A stretch of 64,000 nt of DNA from NCBI GenBank assembly GCA_022510565.1, contig JAFLTE010000011.1, forward strand, positions 20,793 to 84,792, written 5' to 3'. Origin of the DNA: Lachnospiraceae bacterium. Lineage in GTDB: Bacteria; Bacillota; Clostridia; Lachnospirales; Lachnospiraceae. The notes beneath the pieces are model-generated. The model was not told where the DNA came from and did not search any database. It was given only the letters and a program-made list of their open reading frames with translations. Shown here piece after piece: positions 28,386 to 38,699 of the stretch. The translations under genes and the position numbers were made by a program. Each line of letters starts with the position of its first letter. Position 1 is the first letter of the stretch.

Positions 28386-30239
28386 ATGCCATCTACATTT
28401 TTTGGATTGGAAATTGCATCATCGGGACTGAGAGCTGCCAATGCGGCACTCAATACCACAGCCAACAATATCAGTAATACGAATACACTGGGCTACAGCC
28501 GTCAGGAAGTGAAGCAGGAGGCGATGAATCCGCTCCGTGTGTTCTCCACATACGGCTGCGCGGGTGCAGGTGTCAATACACTGGCAATTGAGCGTATTCG
28601 CGAGCAGTTCTACGACAACAAATTCCGTCAGAATGAGACGAAGCTGGGCGAGTTCGATACGAAGGCATACTACTGTAAGATGATTGAGCAGTATCTGGAG
28701 GATGATGGAACAACCGGATTTTCATCTATCTTCGACCAAGTCTTTGCGAACTTGCAGAATCTTGCCAATGACCCGAACAATACTTCCGTGAAGAGTTCAT
28801 TCGTCTCTTCCGTGAAGAAACTGACGGACTATTTTAACAATATGTACGGCGATCTGCAGAATCTGCAGAAGGATGTCAACGAAGAGATTAAGATTCGCGT
28901 AGACCACATTAACTCCATTGCACAGGATATCGCGACGGTCAACAAGCAGATTAACACCATCGAGATGACGGGTGCTACCGCCAATGAGCTTCGGGATAAG
29001 AGAGACAATCTTATTGATGAGTTGTCTGCCATCGTGGATGTGGAAGTGGAAGAGTCTCCGATTTACGATCAGTGGGGCAATGATACAGGTGCCACCAGAT
29101 GCGTAGTCCGCATTGCAGGCGGTCAGATTTTGGTTGATATGAACGATTACAATCAGCTCATGTGTGTGGCGCGTTCATCCGATGAGAAGGTGAATCAGAC
29201 AGACGTGGACGGTCTGTACGATATTAAGTGGACGAACGGTGTAAATTTCGGTATGTACAATGAGTCCATGGGCGGTGAGCTCAAAGGCTTAATCCAGATG
29301 CGTGACGGAAATAACGGAGAGTATTTTCATGGTACTGCTTCCAGAGTTCAATACAACGGAAGCACAACCAAGGTTACTATAACGACTGATGCGTCATACT
29401 TACAGAGTATGATTCAGTGTAAGTTGTCCGATACGGGCGGTGTGATCAATATAGGCGACCAGCTCTACTACTACACTGACTGGACATATGAAGGCGACGG
29501 AAAATATACCTTTACCATTGATAACGAGAAGAGCGATCAGGCACTCACCGCAGTGAAGACGGGCAGATTGGCTTCGATTAATCAGAACGTAGACTACCAG
29601 GGTGTTCCCTATTATATGGAACAGATGAACGAGTGGCTTCGTGATTTTGCCCAGAAAGTCAATAATATATTCACGGAAGGTCTCACAAGCGACGGCAAGG
29701 ATGCGGGGATTCTGTTCACCGGCAGCTATCCGACGAATACCGGAGAGTATCGGGAAGACGAGTTGAATGATTCCAGACACAACGGCAAGGGCTATTACTA
29801 TATCACGGCAGGTAATGTGACGGTTCTAAACGAACTGTTGAAGGATCCAAGCCTGCTTGGTACAAGAGCGAATGTGGATGACGACAGCACAGAGGGTGAG
29901 GAGCAGGACGGTGTCGAGCAGAACAATCAGGTGAAGAAAGTAATCTCCATGATTTCCGATAAGAATCAGTTCAGTTTCCGTGGAAGAGATGCGGGCGGTT
30001 TCCTGGAGTGTGTACTGTCCGATGCAATCTTGAATTCCAGCAACGCCAATACCTTCTATGCAACTTATCTGAGTCTGGAGACCAATATAGACAACCAGAG
30101 ATATTCCATCTCCGGCGTTGACGAAGATGAAGAAGCACTCAGCTTGATTAAGTATGAGAATTCCTACACACTGGCATCTAAGATGATTTCTGTATTGACG
30201 GAAGTGTATGACAGATTGATTTTGCAGACAGGTGTCTAA
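28386..30239 (+). CDS. flgK: flagellar hook-associated protein FlgK (copy 2)
   Basis: NNISNTNTLGYSRQ, ANELRDKRD and SISGVDEDEE motifs. Confidence 0.93.
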   Translation: MPSTFFGLEIASSGLRAANAALNTTANNISNTNTLGYSRQEVKQEAMNPLRVFSTYGCAGAGVNTLAIERIREQFYDNKFRQNETKLGEFDTKAYYCKMIEQYLEDDGTTGFSSIFDQVFANLQNLANDPNNTSVKSSFVSSVKKLTDYFNNMYGDLQNLQKDVNEEIKIRVDHINSIAQDIATVNKQINTIEMTGATANELRDKRDNLIDELSAIVDVEVEESPIYDQWGNDTGATRCVVRIAGGQILVDMNDYNQLMCVARSSDEKVNQTDVDGLYDIKWTNGVNFGMYNESMGGELKGLIQMRDGNNGEYFHGTASRVQYNGSTTKVTITTDASYLQSMIQCKLSDTGGVINIGDQLYYYTDWTYEGDGKYTFTIDNEKSDQALTAVKTGRLASINQNVDYQGVPYYMEQMNEWLRDFAQKVNNIFTEGLTSDGKDAGILFTGSYPTNTGEYREDELNDSRHNGKGYYYITAGNVTVLNELLKDPSLLGTRANVDDDSTEGEEQDGVEQNNQVKKVISMISDKNQFSFRGRDAGGFLECVLSDAILNSSNANTFYATYLSLETNIDNQRYSISGVDEDEEALSLIKYENSYTLASKMISVLTEVYDRLILQTGV

Positions 30240-30319
30240 TAGATGGGCAGTAAGAGAATACCGAGGTGATAGTGCGAAGTAACGTAGTGCGGATTTGATA
30301 GAAAAGAGGATGATAAGCC

Positions 30320-31891
30320 ATGAGAATGACCAACAAGATTATGCGAAACAATTCGCTGTACAATCTCAACCAGAACAAACTTCTGGAAGATAAACTGACA
30401 AATCAGATGACCAATCAGAGCAAGATTGCGCGTCCATCCGATGACCCGGTTGTGGCAATCAGAGCCCTTCGTTTGAGGAGCAATGTAGCGCACGTAACGC
30501 AGTACTATGAGAAGAATGCTAAGGATGCGCAGCAGTGGCTGGATGTAACTTCGGATGCGCTTAAGACCATCGGTGACATTCTGGAGGATTTGTATAAGCA
30601 GGCTACCAGCGCTGCCAATAAGGATTTGACCGCGGACGATTTGGATATTCTACTGACACAGATGAAATCTCTGACCAAGGAATTTTATGCAAGCGGCAAC
30701 GTAGATTATGCTGGTCGCTACATTTTCTCGGGCTACAGGACAGATACCGCGATTACATTCTCGGCAGAGGACATCGCAGAGATGAAGCGCCATCCTGTTT
30801 CCTATAAGATTAAGGAAAAGTTGGGCTTTTCCAATATTGATTCCTTTAACTTTACCGATTACAGTGCATTATCCAATACGATTGCCGGTGACGGTGTAGA
30901 TACAGACGGAACAAGTTATGAGCAGGATATTACGAACACGAAGCTGTATCGTCTGCGTTTATCCTATGATTCGCTGGACGGCATCACAAAAGATGCGAAT
31001 GGCGATATTGTGTCCCCCATCTTTACGGATCCTGTGGGAAATCCGATAAAAGATGCGACCGGAAACCCTGCAAGTATCACAGAATATGCTAACGCTGAGG
31101 ATGCATACCGCGCGATTGCAAACGGTACTGAGACGGGTATTGCATACATTCCCTCAACCGGTGAATTGGTGTTCAGTCAGGATTTCTATCAGACGAATTT
31201 TAAAGAGGGCGAAAGCTACGAAGTTACTTATGATAAGTCCAATTGGATTGAGGGAGACATTAACCCCGTACATTACTTTGAGTGTACTGAGACGAAAGAT
31301 ATAGGAAGCGGCAAGACCAAGACGACGATTTATAATACGACAGCGACCACGCTGCCGCAGGATATCTACTATGATGTGGGATTTAACCAGAAGATACAGG
31401 TAAACACTCTGACATCGGAAGTGTTCACCCACAATGTGCAGAGAGACATGGATGATTTCCAGCGCTGTCTGGCACAGCTTCGCGGTATCGAGACAGAGAT
31501 AAGCGATATTACGAAGAAGAGGAACGAGTTCCCTGAAGACAGTGACGATTATAAGAACTGGAACAAGAAATTGGAGGCGGCGGAGAAGGCGGCAAGTTAT
31601 ATCCGTGATAATATCCACACCCAGTTTGAGAACCAGATTACCAAGTATCAGGATTATATCAACGACACGAATGTTGCCAACACCAGCAACGCTACCAGAG
31701 GAAGCAGATTGGAGTTAATTTCTGCCCGCCTGTGCAACCAGCAGGCGACTTTCAAGGATTTGCAGACGGACAACGAGAGTATCGACGTTACGCAGGTAGC
31801 GGTGGAACTGTCCAGTTCCGAGTTGATTTATCAGGCAGCGCTTATGGCGACCGGCAAGATTATGCAGACCAGTCTGATGAACTATATCTAA
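30320..31891 (+). CDS. flgL: flagellar hook-associated protein FlgL
   Basis: MRMTN, RPSDDPV, GRYIFSGY and YQAAL...IMQTSLMNYI motifs. Confidence 0.93.
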   Translation: MRMTNKIMRNNSLYNLNQNKLLEDKLTNQMTNQSKIARPSDDPVVAIRALRLRSNVAHVTQYYEKNAKDAQQWLDVTSDALKTIGDILEDLYKQATSAANKDLTADDLDILLTQMKSLTKEFYASGNVDYAGRYIFSGYRTDTAITFSAEDIAEMKRHPVSYKIKEKLGFSNIDSFNFTDYSALSNTIAGDGVDTDGTSYEQDITNTKLYRLRLSYDSLDGITKDANGDIVSPIFTDPVGNPIKDATGNPASITEYANAEDAYRAIANGTETGIAYIPSTGELVFSQDFYQTNFKEGESYEVTYDKSNWIEGDINPVHYFECTETKDIGSGKTKTTIYNTTATTLPQDIYYDVGFNQKIQVNTLTSEVFTHNVQRDMDDFQRCLAQLRGIETEISDITKKRNEFPEDSDDYKNWNKKLEAAEKAASYIRDNIHTQFENQITKYQDYINDTNVANTSNATRGSRLELISARLCNQQATFKDLQTDNESIDVTQVAVELSSSELIYQAALMATGKIMQTSLMNYI

Positions 31892-31957
31892 ATTCCGCAC
31901 GGTCAGGGCAGCAATCTATATGACGTAGACGGATGAGAAGAAAGGCGGTTACGAGAT

Positions 31958-32413
31958 ATGCAGATTTTGACTAAAATCTTTGGCGAAATTATCATTGATG
32001 ATGATAAGATTATACAATTCCCGAACGGTATCATTGGTTTTCCGGAATTGACGGAATTTACGCTTGTGCATGACGAGGAGAAAAGCACAGACTCTATTCA
32101 CTGGCTTCAGTCCATTCAGGAACCGGCGTTTGCTATGCCGGTCATGGATCCGCTTATCGTATGTCCCGACTACAATCCCGAGGCGGATGATGAACTGCTA
32201 AACGTACTGGGTACGATTGTTCCCGAAGAGCTTCTCGTGTTAGTGACTGTGACGGTGCCGAAGGATCTGACGCAGATGTCAGTGAACCTCAAAGGGCCCA
32301 TTGTTATCAACGCGACGGAGAAAAAGGCAATCCAGATTATCGTAGAGGGTGACGAATATCAAGTGAAGTTCCCGATATATGATATATTAAATCAGAAGAA
32401 GGCAGGTGAGTAG
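31958..32413 (+). CDS. fliW: flagellar assembly factor FliW
   Basis: FPNGIIGF, WLQS and VNLKGPIVIN motifs; adjacent to csrA. Confidence 0.93.
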   Translation: MQILTKIFGEIIIDDDKIIQFPNGIIGFPELTEFTLVHDEEKSTDSIHWLQSIQEPAFAMPVMDPLIVCPDYNPEADDELLNVLGTIVPEELLVLVTVTVPKDLTQMSVNLKGPIVINATEKKAIQIIVEGDEYQVKFPIYDILNQKKAGE

Positions 32414-32632
32414 ATGTTAGCTTTATCCAGAAAAAAGAATGAAGCGCTCGTCATCAACAATAATGTTGAGATTACAGTGCTGGAAATCAAAGGCGAACAG
32501 GTAAAGCTGGGCATCACCGCACCGCGTGAAGTACCTGTATATCGTAAGGAAGTGTATGTACAGATTCAGGATTCCAATAAAGAAGCTGTCAACGTGGACG
32601 GTATGGAAGCGCTGAAGAATCTGTTGGGATAA
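32414..32632 (+). CDS. csrA: carbon storage regulator CsrA
   Basis: MLALSRK...VKLGITAPREVPVYRKEVY. Confidence 0.96.
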   Translation: MLALSRKKNEALVINNNVEITVLEIKGEQVKLGITAPREVPVYRKEVYVQIQDSNKEAVNVDGMEALKNLLG

Positions 32633-32653
32633 TTGATAGTTTAGTAAGAAAAT

Positions 32654-32688
32654 GGGTGGAACCGTATAGACAGGTATCCGCCCTTTTT
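32654..32688 (+). terminator. intrinsic terminator after csrA
   Basis: GGGTGGAACC...GGTATCCGCCC imperfect stem followed by TTTTT, between convergent genes. Confidence 0.65.
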
Positions 32689-32704
32689 GTGTGATAGGAT
32701 GCAA

Positions 32705-33886
32705 TCAGTTGTTCCCACCGCTCAATATCCGTATCATCTCGGCAAGCCTTGACTCATATGTATGGTATCTGGCAGTCTTTTCATAGCCGTTTATGGCAAT
32801 CTCGATACGTTCATCCTCGTGGCTTAAATAGTAGTGAACCTTTTGTTCCAATTCTTCCATGGATTCATATGTGTCCAGTTCTCTGCCGATTTCAAAGTAT
32901 TCCGGTATTTCCGCCTGATAGTTGGTTAGCACGAAGCCGCCGCACCCAAGAATATCCCAGACACGTAAAGACAGTCCCGTCTCAATCGGGCGCATAGTCA
33001 TGTTCAGATTGATTTTGCTTGCATGAAACACTTTAGGCATTTCGGTTAATGTGCTTACGCCACCTCGACAGTCCACACCTACCAGCGGTGAAGTATCGCT
33101 GTGGGTATAGAGTGCTACATGGAAATTCTTAGCCAGACGGTTTAATGTTCTCTCTCGCTCAACCGCCGCCAGTTTCATGCCGATATATTGATGGGCGACC
33201 AGATATCGCCGGGTGTCACCGTAAGTATCGCTTCCCTCATAGAAATCGGGATCTGCGCTTGCAATTTCGTCAATGACACGGTCATTCAGATTATCAGGGA
33301 TAAAGTTATGACCGTAAACCTTGAGCTGTGCCTCAATCAGACCGTCCACGAAACCCTGGGTGTAGGGAGAGAGGTTAAGTGCATCATACCTGCACTTCTC
33401 GGTGTAGAGGGAACCTACAAAACTGACATCTGCGTCATATTTAGCAAAATCCCCATCCGTCATATTTAAAATCACGTTCTCCCACCGCTTCACATTGGTG
33501 GCAAGCGGCAGATAGAAGATATGCTGCGGATTGAGCGGCCTAAAGAATTCGTGCTGCGCATGGTCAAACAGGAAAATGCGGTTCCATTCGTTTTTCAGCG
33601 CATTGGAAAAAAGCTCCGGCACGGGAGAGTCCACACTCCAGCACACGTACGGCACTTTAAAGTGATTACATGTATAAGAAATTGCCGGAAAGAAATTGAC
33701 GCTGAACACGAAAGCGAGAGAGTGTGTCGTCAGCCATTCCGTAATCTTGACGGCGCACTGCTTCGGAGTGATGTGTTTGTCCGTCATTTCCATCTCTTCC
33801 GTATGGACAGTGATGCCGAAATTGTTAAAGACCTGCAGGATATCGGGCTCACATATGCTGTTGTATCGGTAAAATAGGATTTCCAT
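32705..33886 (-). CDS. CgeB-like/DUF3880 glycosyltransferase (GT-B)
   Basis: FSVNFFP, WSVDSP, DVSFVGSLY, SKINLN...LRVWDILGCGGF and HTYESR motifs. Confidence 0.88.
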   Translation of the reverse strand: MEILFYRYNSICEPDILQVFNNFGITVHTEEMEMTDKHITPKQCAVKITEWLTTHSLAFVFSVNFFPAISYTCNHFKVPYVCWSVDSPVPELFSNALKNEWNRIFLFDHAQHEFFRPLNPQHIFYLPLATNVKRWENVILNMTDGDFAKYDADVSFVGSLYTEKCRYDALNLSPYTQGFVDGLIEAQLKVYGHNFIPDNLNDRVIDEIASADPDFYEGSDTYGDTRRYLVAHQYIGMKLAAVERERTLNRLAKNFHVALYTHSDTSPLVGVDCRGGVSTLTEMPKVFHASKINLNMTMRPIETGLSLRVWDILGCGGFVLTNYQAEIPEYFEIGRELDTYESMEELEQKVHYYLSHEDERIEIAINGYEKTARYHTYESRLAEMIRILSGGNN

Positions 33887-34040
33887 GGGTCACCTCTTCT
33901 TGCGTAATGTAAAATGCCGACAACGCTTTCACGTGTGCCGGGGAACTTGCATTTATTGTTATTATTATATATTATAGTGTAAACGAAAGCGATACAAGTT
34001 GGAATAGAAAAGTAAAAAATATACAAGGGAAAGAGAGTTT

Positions 34041-35201
34041 ATGAGAATTTTAGTGATAGGAAGTAAAGTACAGCAGATGTCAGGTCTTGCGCACGGTTTG
34101 GTCAGATTAGGGTACGATGCGGCATTTTATCCGAAACCGACGGAAGACTTGGAAGGCAGCGAGGAAGAGGAGAAGGCACTTGAAGATTTTCTGAAAAATC
34201 AGAAGGTTGATTTTGTCTTATCCAATATCTTTGGCTCCTCCGCAGCAAGAGCCACTAACCGGCTAAATATCAAGTATGCTGTCTGGTGTATGGATTCTCC
34301 GGCCTATTTTTCATATGTGCCGGAGGTAGTGTTGGATAATTGCTTCCTGTTCTACTTTGATCGTCATGAATATGAGTTGAGGAAGCAGGAAGGGCTCACC
34401 AACGTGTATCATTTGCCGCTGGCGACAGACATTACATGGAGCTCAGGTCTGGTGATTACGGATGAAGAGATTAAGAAGTACCGCTGCGATATGTCTTTTG
34501 TGGGAACGTTATATTCGCATAATCTGTATGATCAATTGCTGGAGCGGTTTCCGGCGGATATACAGAATATATTTACCGACATGATAGAGAACAGTGCTTT
34601 CGTGTGGGACGGTGAGGACAGATTGCATATACCCCGGGAATTGGCAACAGGGGTACGTAAGCTGTTTCCAGACCTTTTTGATGGACTTTACATTTCTGAT
34701 GAATACTATCTGAAGACATTTCTAATGGGACGCAAGCTGTCTCATGTGGAGAGAACACTTTTGATGGAATTGCTCTCACAGAGGTATGGTATCCATCTGT
34801 ATACGAGAGCTGCGGATGAAGTGCCGGAAGGTGTGAGAAGATTTCCCGAGGTCGGTGCCGTAACCGAAGCGCTGAAGGTTTTTTATTCCAGTAAGATCAA
34901 TCTGAATATTACTTTGCGGAGTATTGTATCAGGCGTGCCGGCGCGTGTGTTTGATGTGATGAGCGTGGGCGGATTTATGATGTCCAACTGGCAGGAAGAG
35001 ATTCCCGAGCTGTTTGTGGAGGATAAGGAAATCGTCACCTATAAGACACCGGAGGAGTTGGTTGACAAGGCGGATTATTATCTGAAGCATGAGGATAAAC
35101 GGACCAGAATAGCAATCAACGGATATCGGAGAGTGAAGGAACAGCATACATACGAACATAGGCTGAATAAGATTATTTCTATTGTACAAGGAAAAGCGTG
35201 A
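34041..35201 (+). CDS. CgeB-like glycosyltransferase, tandem copy 1
   Basis: WCMDSP, MSFVG, SKINLNITLRSI, RVFDVM and HTYEHRL motifs. Confidence 0.9.
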   Translation: MRILVIGSKVQQMSGLAHGLVRLGYDAAFYPKPTEDLEGSEEEEKALEDFLKNQKVDFVLSNIFGSSAARATNRLNIKYAVWCMDSPAYFSYVPEVVLDNCFLFYFDRHEYELRKQEGLTNVYHLPLATDITWSSGLVITDEEIKKYRCDMSFVGTLYSHNLYDQLLERFPADIQNIFTDMIENSAFVWDGEDRLHIPRELATGVRKLFPDLFDGLYISDEYYLKTFLMGRKLSHVERTLLMELLSQRYGIHLYTRAADEVPEGVRRFPEVGAVTEALKVFYSSKINLNITLRSIVSGVPARVFDVMSVGGFMMSNWQEEIPELFVEDKEIVTYKTPEELVDKADYYLKHEDKRTRIAINGYRRVKEQHTYEHRLNKIISIVQGKA

Positions 35202-36364
35202 TTATGAAAATTATGTTTATGGGAAGTAAAACACAACAGATACCTGCTATTATATTTGCATTGGACAGAATGGGGTATGAGGTTGAGATGTACCCAAAGC
35301 CGATAGAAGAATTGAAGGGTAATGAAGAACAGGAACGGCAATTGGAAATTTTTATAAAAAGCGCAAAAGTGGATTTTGTCCTTTCTAACGTGTTCAGCAG
35401 AGAAGCGGCAAGAGTGACCAACCAATTGGAGCTAAAATATGCCGTCTGGTGCATGGATTCTCCCAGCTTTCCGGCATGGGTTCCGGAAGCGGAATATGAT
35501 AATTGCTATCTGTTCTACTTTGATTATCGCGAATATGAGTTAAAAAAACAGAGTGGACTTAAGAATGTGTATCATCTGCCTCTGGCAACAGATATTGTAT
35601 GGAGCGGGCAGTTGGTAATCACAGACGAGGAGACCCAAAAGTACAGCTGCAATATGTCTTTTGTAGGAGGACTGTATTCGGATAATCCGTATGACAGAAT
35701 GTTTTCCATATTTCCCGCGGATATGCAGGAAGCCTTTATTGAACTTATAGAAAAGAGCGCCTTTGTGTGGGACGGTCAGGACCGGCTTCATATGCCGGCG
35801 GAGTTGGTACAGGCAGTCCGGCAGAAATGTCCCCAAATATTCTATCCCTGTGTTATGCCGGATGAATATTTCCTGCGAACATACTTGTTGGGACGGAAAC
35901 TGACCAATGTGGAGAGAACACTTTTGATGGAACTGTTGTCGGAGCGGTTTGATATTCATCTATATACAAGAGATACGGAAATCGTGCCGGAAGGTGTGAG
36001 AAGATTTCCGGAGATTCCTGCATTAAAAGGAGCTCCTAAGGTCTTTTATTCCAGTAAGATCAATCTGAACATCACTTTGAGGAGTATTACATCCGGTGTG
36101 CCGGCACGTGTGTTTGAAGTGATGGGCGTAGGTGGATTCGTACTGTCCAACTGGCAGGAAGAGATTCCCGAGCTGTTCGTGGAAGACAAAGAGATTGTGA
36201 CCTTTAAGACACCCGAAGAGTTGGTTGACAAGGCAGACTATTATCTGAAGCACGAGGATAAGCGGACCAGAATAGCAATCAATGGATATCGGAGAGTGAA
36301 GGAACAGTATACATACGAACATAGGTTAAATAAGATTATTTCTATTGTACAAGGAAAAGAATGA
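35198..36364 (+). CDS. CgeB-like glycosyltransferase, tandem copy 2
   Basis: Same motifs; GTGA overlap with copy 1. Confidence 0.9.
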   Translation: MIMKIMFMGSKTQQIPAIIFALDRMGYEVEMYPKPIEELKGNEEQERQLEIFIKSAKVDFVLSNVFSREAARVTNQLELKYAVWCMDSPSFPAWVPEAEYDNCYLFYFDYREYELKKQSGLKNVYHLPLATDIVWSGQLVITDEETQKYSCNMSFVGGLYSDNPYDRMFSIFPADMQEAFIELIEKSAFVWDGQDRLHMPAELVQAVRQKCPQIFYPCVMPDEYFLRTYLLGRKLTNVERTLLMELLSERFDIHLYTRDTEIVPEGVRRFPEIPALKGAPKVFYSSKINLNITLRSITSGVPARVFEVMGVGGFVLSNWQEEIPELFVEDKEIVTFKTPEELVDKADYYLKHEDKRTRIAINGYRRVKEQYTYEHRLNKIISIVQGKE

Positions 36365-37533
36365 GTATGAGAATTTTATTTGCGGGCAGTAAGGTGCAGG
36401 AGTGCCCGAGTGTTCTGCTTGCATTGGACAGAATGGGACATCGGGTTGCATATTACACGAAGCCGATAGAAGAGATGCAGGAAGATGAAGAAGAGGAAAA
36501 AGCGCTCGAGTCATTTCTGAAAAAGTACAAGGTTGATTTTGTGTTGTCCAATTTCTTCACAAGCATTATAGCAAGAGTTACAAATCGATTAGGGATGAAG
36601 TATGCTGTATGGTGTATGGATTCTCCCACTTACTCCACATGGGTTGAGGAGTCGGCGTTGGATAATTGCTATCTGTTTTACTTTGACCATCGGGAATATG
36701 AGTTAAAGAAGCAGAGTGGGCATCCGAATGTGTATCATTTACCGTTGGCGGCAGATGTCGTGTGGGGAGAAAAACTGGTAATTACGGATCAGGAGACCCA
36801 AAAGTACAGCTGCAATATGTCTTTTGTAGGTAATCTGTACACTGAGAATCTGTATGATCGAGCGCTTGACCGATTTTCCGCAGATATGCAGGATGCCTTT
36901 ACCGAGACGATAGAGAGCAGCGCTTTTACATGGGACGGTCAGGACAGGCTGCACCTATCTCCCGGTATGGTGCAGGCGGTGCGGAGTGTATGTCCTGAGA
37001 TATTCGGACATCCGTACAAAATATCGGATGAATATTTTCTAAAGACGTTCTTGCTGGGGAGGAAACTGACGCAGGTAGAGAGGACGCTGCTGATGGAGTT
37101 GTTGGCAGAGCGATATGACATCCATCTGTATACGGGAGATACGGAGGTTGTGCCGGAGGGCGTGAGGAGATTCCCTCCCATTGATGCCGGAGACGGAGCT
37201 TTGAAAGTCTTTCATTCCAGTAAAATCAATCTGAATATTACTTTGCGAAGTATTGCCAGCGGCATACCGGCGCGTGTGTTCGATGTGATGAGCATAGGTG
37301 GCTTCATGCTGTCAAACTGGCAACAGGAGATACCGGAGTTGTTTGTGGAAGACGAGGAAATTGTGACTTACAAGACTCCGGAGGAATTGATAGAAAAGGC
37401 GGACTATTATTTGCGGCATGATGAAGAGAGAGCAAGAATAGCGGCAAATGGGTATCGGAAGGTGAAGGAACAGCACACGTACGAACACCGATTGGCCAAA
37501 ATTATTTCTATTATTCAAGGGGAAATACAATAA
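36361..37533 (+). CDS. CgeB-like glycosyltransferase, tandem copy 3
   Basis: Same motifs; ATGA overlap. Confidence 0.9.
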   Translation: MSMRILFAGSKVQECPSVLLALDRMGHRVAYYTKPIEEMQEDEEEEKALESFLKKYKVDFVLSNFFTSIIARVTNRLGMKYAVWCMDSPTYSTWVEESALDNCYLFYFDHREYELKKQSGHPNVYHLPLAADVVWGEKLVITDQETQKYSCNMSFVGNLYTENLYDRALDRFSADMQDAFTETIESSAFTWDGQDRLHLSPGMVQAVRSVCPEIFGHPYKISDEYFLKTFLLGRKLTQVERTLLMELLAERYDIHLYTGDTEVVPEGVRRFPPIDAGDGALKVFHSSKINLNITLRSIASGIPARVFDVMSIGGFMLSNWQQEIPELFVEDEEIVTYKTPEELIEKADYYLRHDEERARIAANGYRKVKEQHTYEHRLAKIISIIQGEIQ

Positions 37534-38699
37534 TGAAGATTTTATTTGTGCGAAGTGATGTGCAGCAGTGCCCGTATATGGTGTTTGCTCTGGATAGGAT
37601 GGGGCACAATGTCGCATGTTATCGGAAGCCGATAGAAGAAGTGAAGAAAGATGAAGGGGTGCAGAAGGCGTTGGAGGAATACCTCAAAAAGCACAGGCCC
37701 GATTTTGTCCTGTCCAATATATTCGGTGCTCCCATAGCGAAGATTACGAATCGGTTGGGAATGAAGTATGCTGTCTGGTGCATGGATTCTCCCGCGTTTT
37801 CTACATGGACACCCGAAACGGCGTTGGATAACTGCTATCTGTTCTATTTTGATTACCAAGAATATGAGTTAAAGAAACAGAGCGGTCAGCGTAACGTGTA
37901 TCATTTGCCGCTGGCGACGGATATTGTCTGGAGCGGAGAATTGAAAATTACGGACGAAGAGGTCAGAAAATACAGCTGTGATATGTCTTTCATCGGAAGC
38001 CTGTACACGAAGAATCTCTATGACGAGGCACTTAAACAGTTTCCGCCAGATATGCAGGAGACCTTTACAGAGCTGATAGAAAACAGTGCCTTTGTGTGGG
38101 ACGGTCAGGACAGACTGCATATGCCGCCGGAACTGGTGCAGACAGTGCGAAAGCAATGTCCGGATATGTTTGATGAACCCTATATGCCGGATGAATATTT
38201 CTTGCGAAAATTCTTTGTGGGGCGAAAACTGAGCCATGTAGAGAGGACACTTTTGATTGAACTGTTGTCGGAGCGGTATGATATCCATCTGTATACGAGA
38301 GATACCGAACAGGTGCCGGAGGGTGTGAGGAGATTCCCTGAGATTGATGCCAGCAATGGGGCACTAAAAGTTTTCCGTTCCAGCAAAATCAATCTGAATA
38401 TCACATTAAGAAGTATTGCCGGCGGTGTACCGCTGCGAGTATTTGATGTGATGGGCATGGGGGGATTCATGTTATCGAATTGGCAGGCGGAGATACCGGA
38501 GCTGTTTGTGGAAGACAAAGAAATTGTGACTTACAAGACACCGGAGGAACTGATAGAAAAAGCGGATTACTATTTGCGGCATGACGAAGAGAGAGTAAGA
38601 ATAGCGGCAAACGGGTATCAAAAAGTAAAGGAACAACACACGTACGAACACCGATTAGATAAAATTATTTCTATTATACAAAGGAAAGTACAGTTATGA
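37533..38699 (+). CDS. CgeB-like glycosyltransferase, tandem copy 4
   Basis: Same motifs; TAATG overlap. Confidence 0.9.
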   Translation: MKILFVRSDVQQCPYMVFALDRMGHNVACYRKPIEEVKKDEGVQKALEEYLKKHRPDFVLSNIFGAPIAKITNRLGMKYAVWCMDSPAFSTWTPETALDNCYLFYFDYQEYELKKQSGQRNVYHLPLATDIVWSGELKITDEEVRKYSCDMSFIGSLYTKNLYDEALKQFPPDMQETFTELIENSAFVWDGQDRLHMPPELVQTVRKQCPDMFDEPYMPDEYFLRKFFVGRKLSHVERTLLIELLSERYDIHLYTRDTEQVPEGVRRFPEIDASNGALKVFRSSKINLNITLRSIAGGVPLRVFDVMGMGGFMLSNWQAEIPELFVEDKEIVTYKTPEELIEKADYYLRHDEERVRIAANGYQKVKEQHTYEHRLDKIISIIQRKVQL

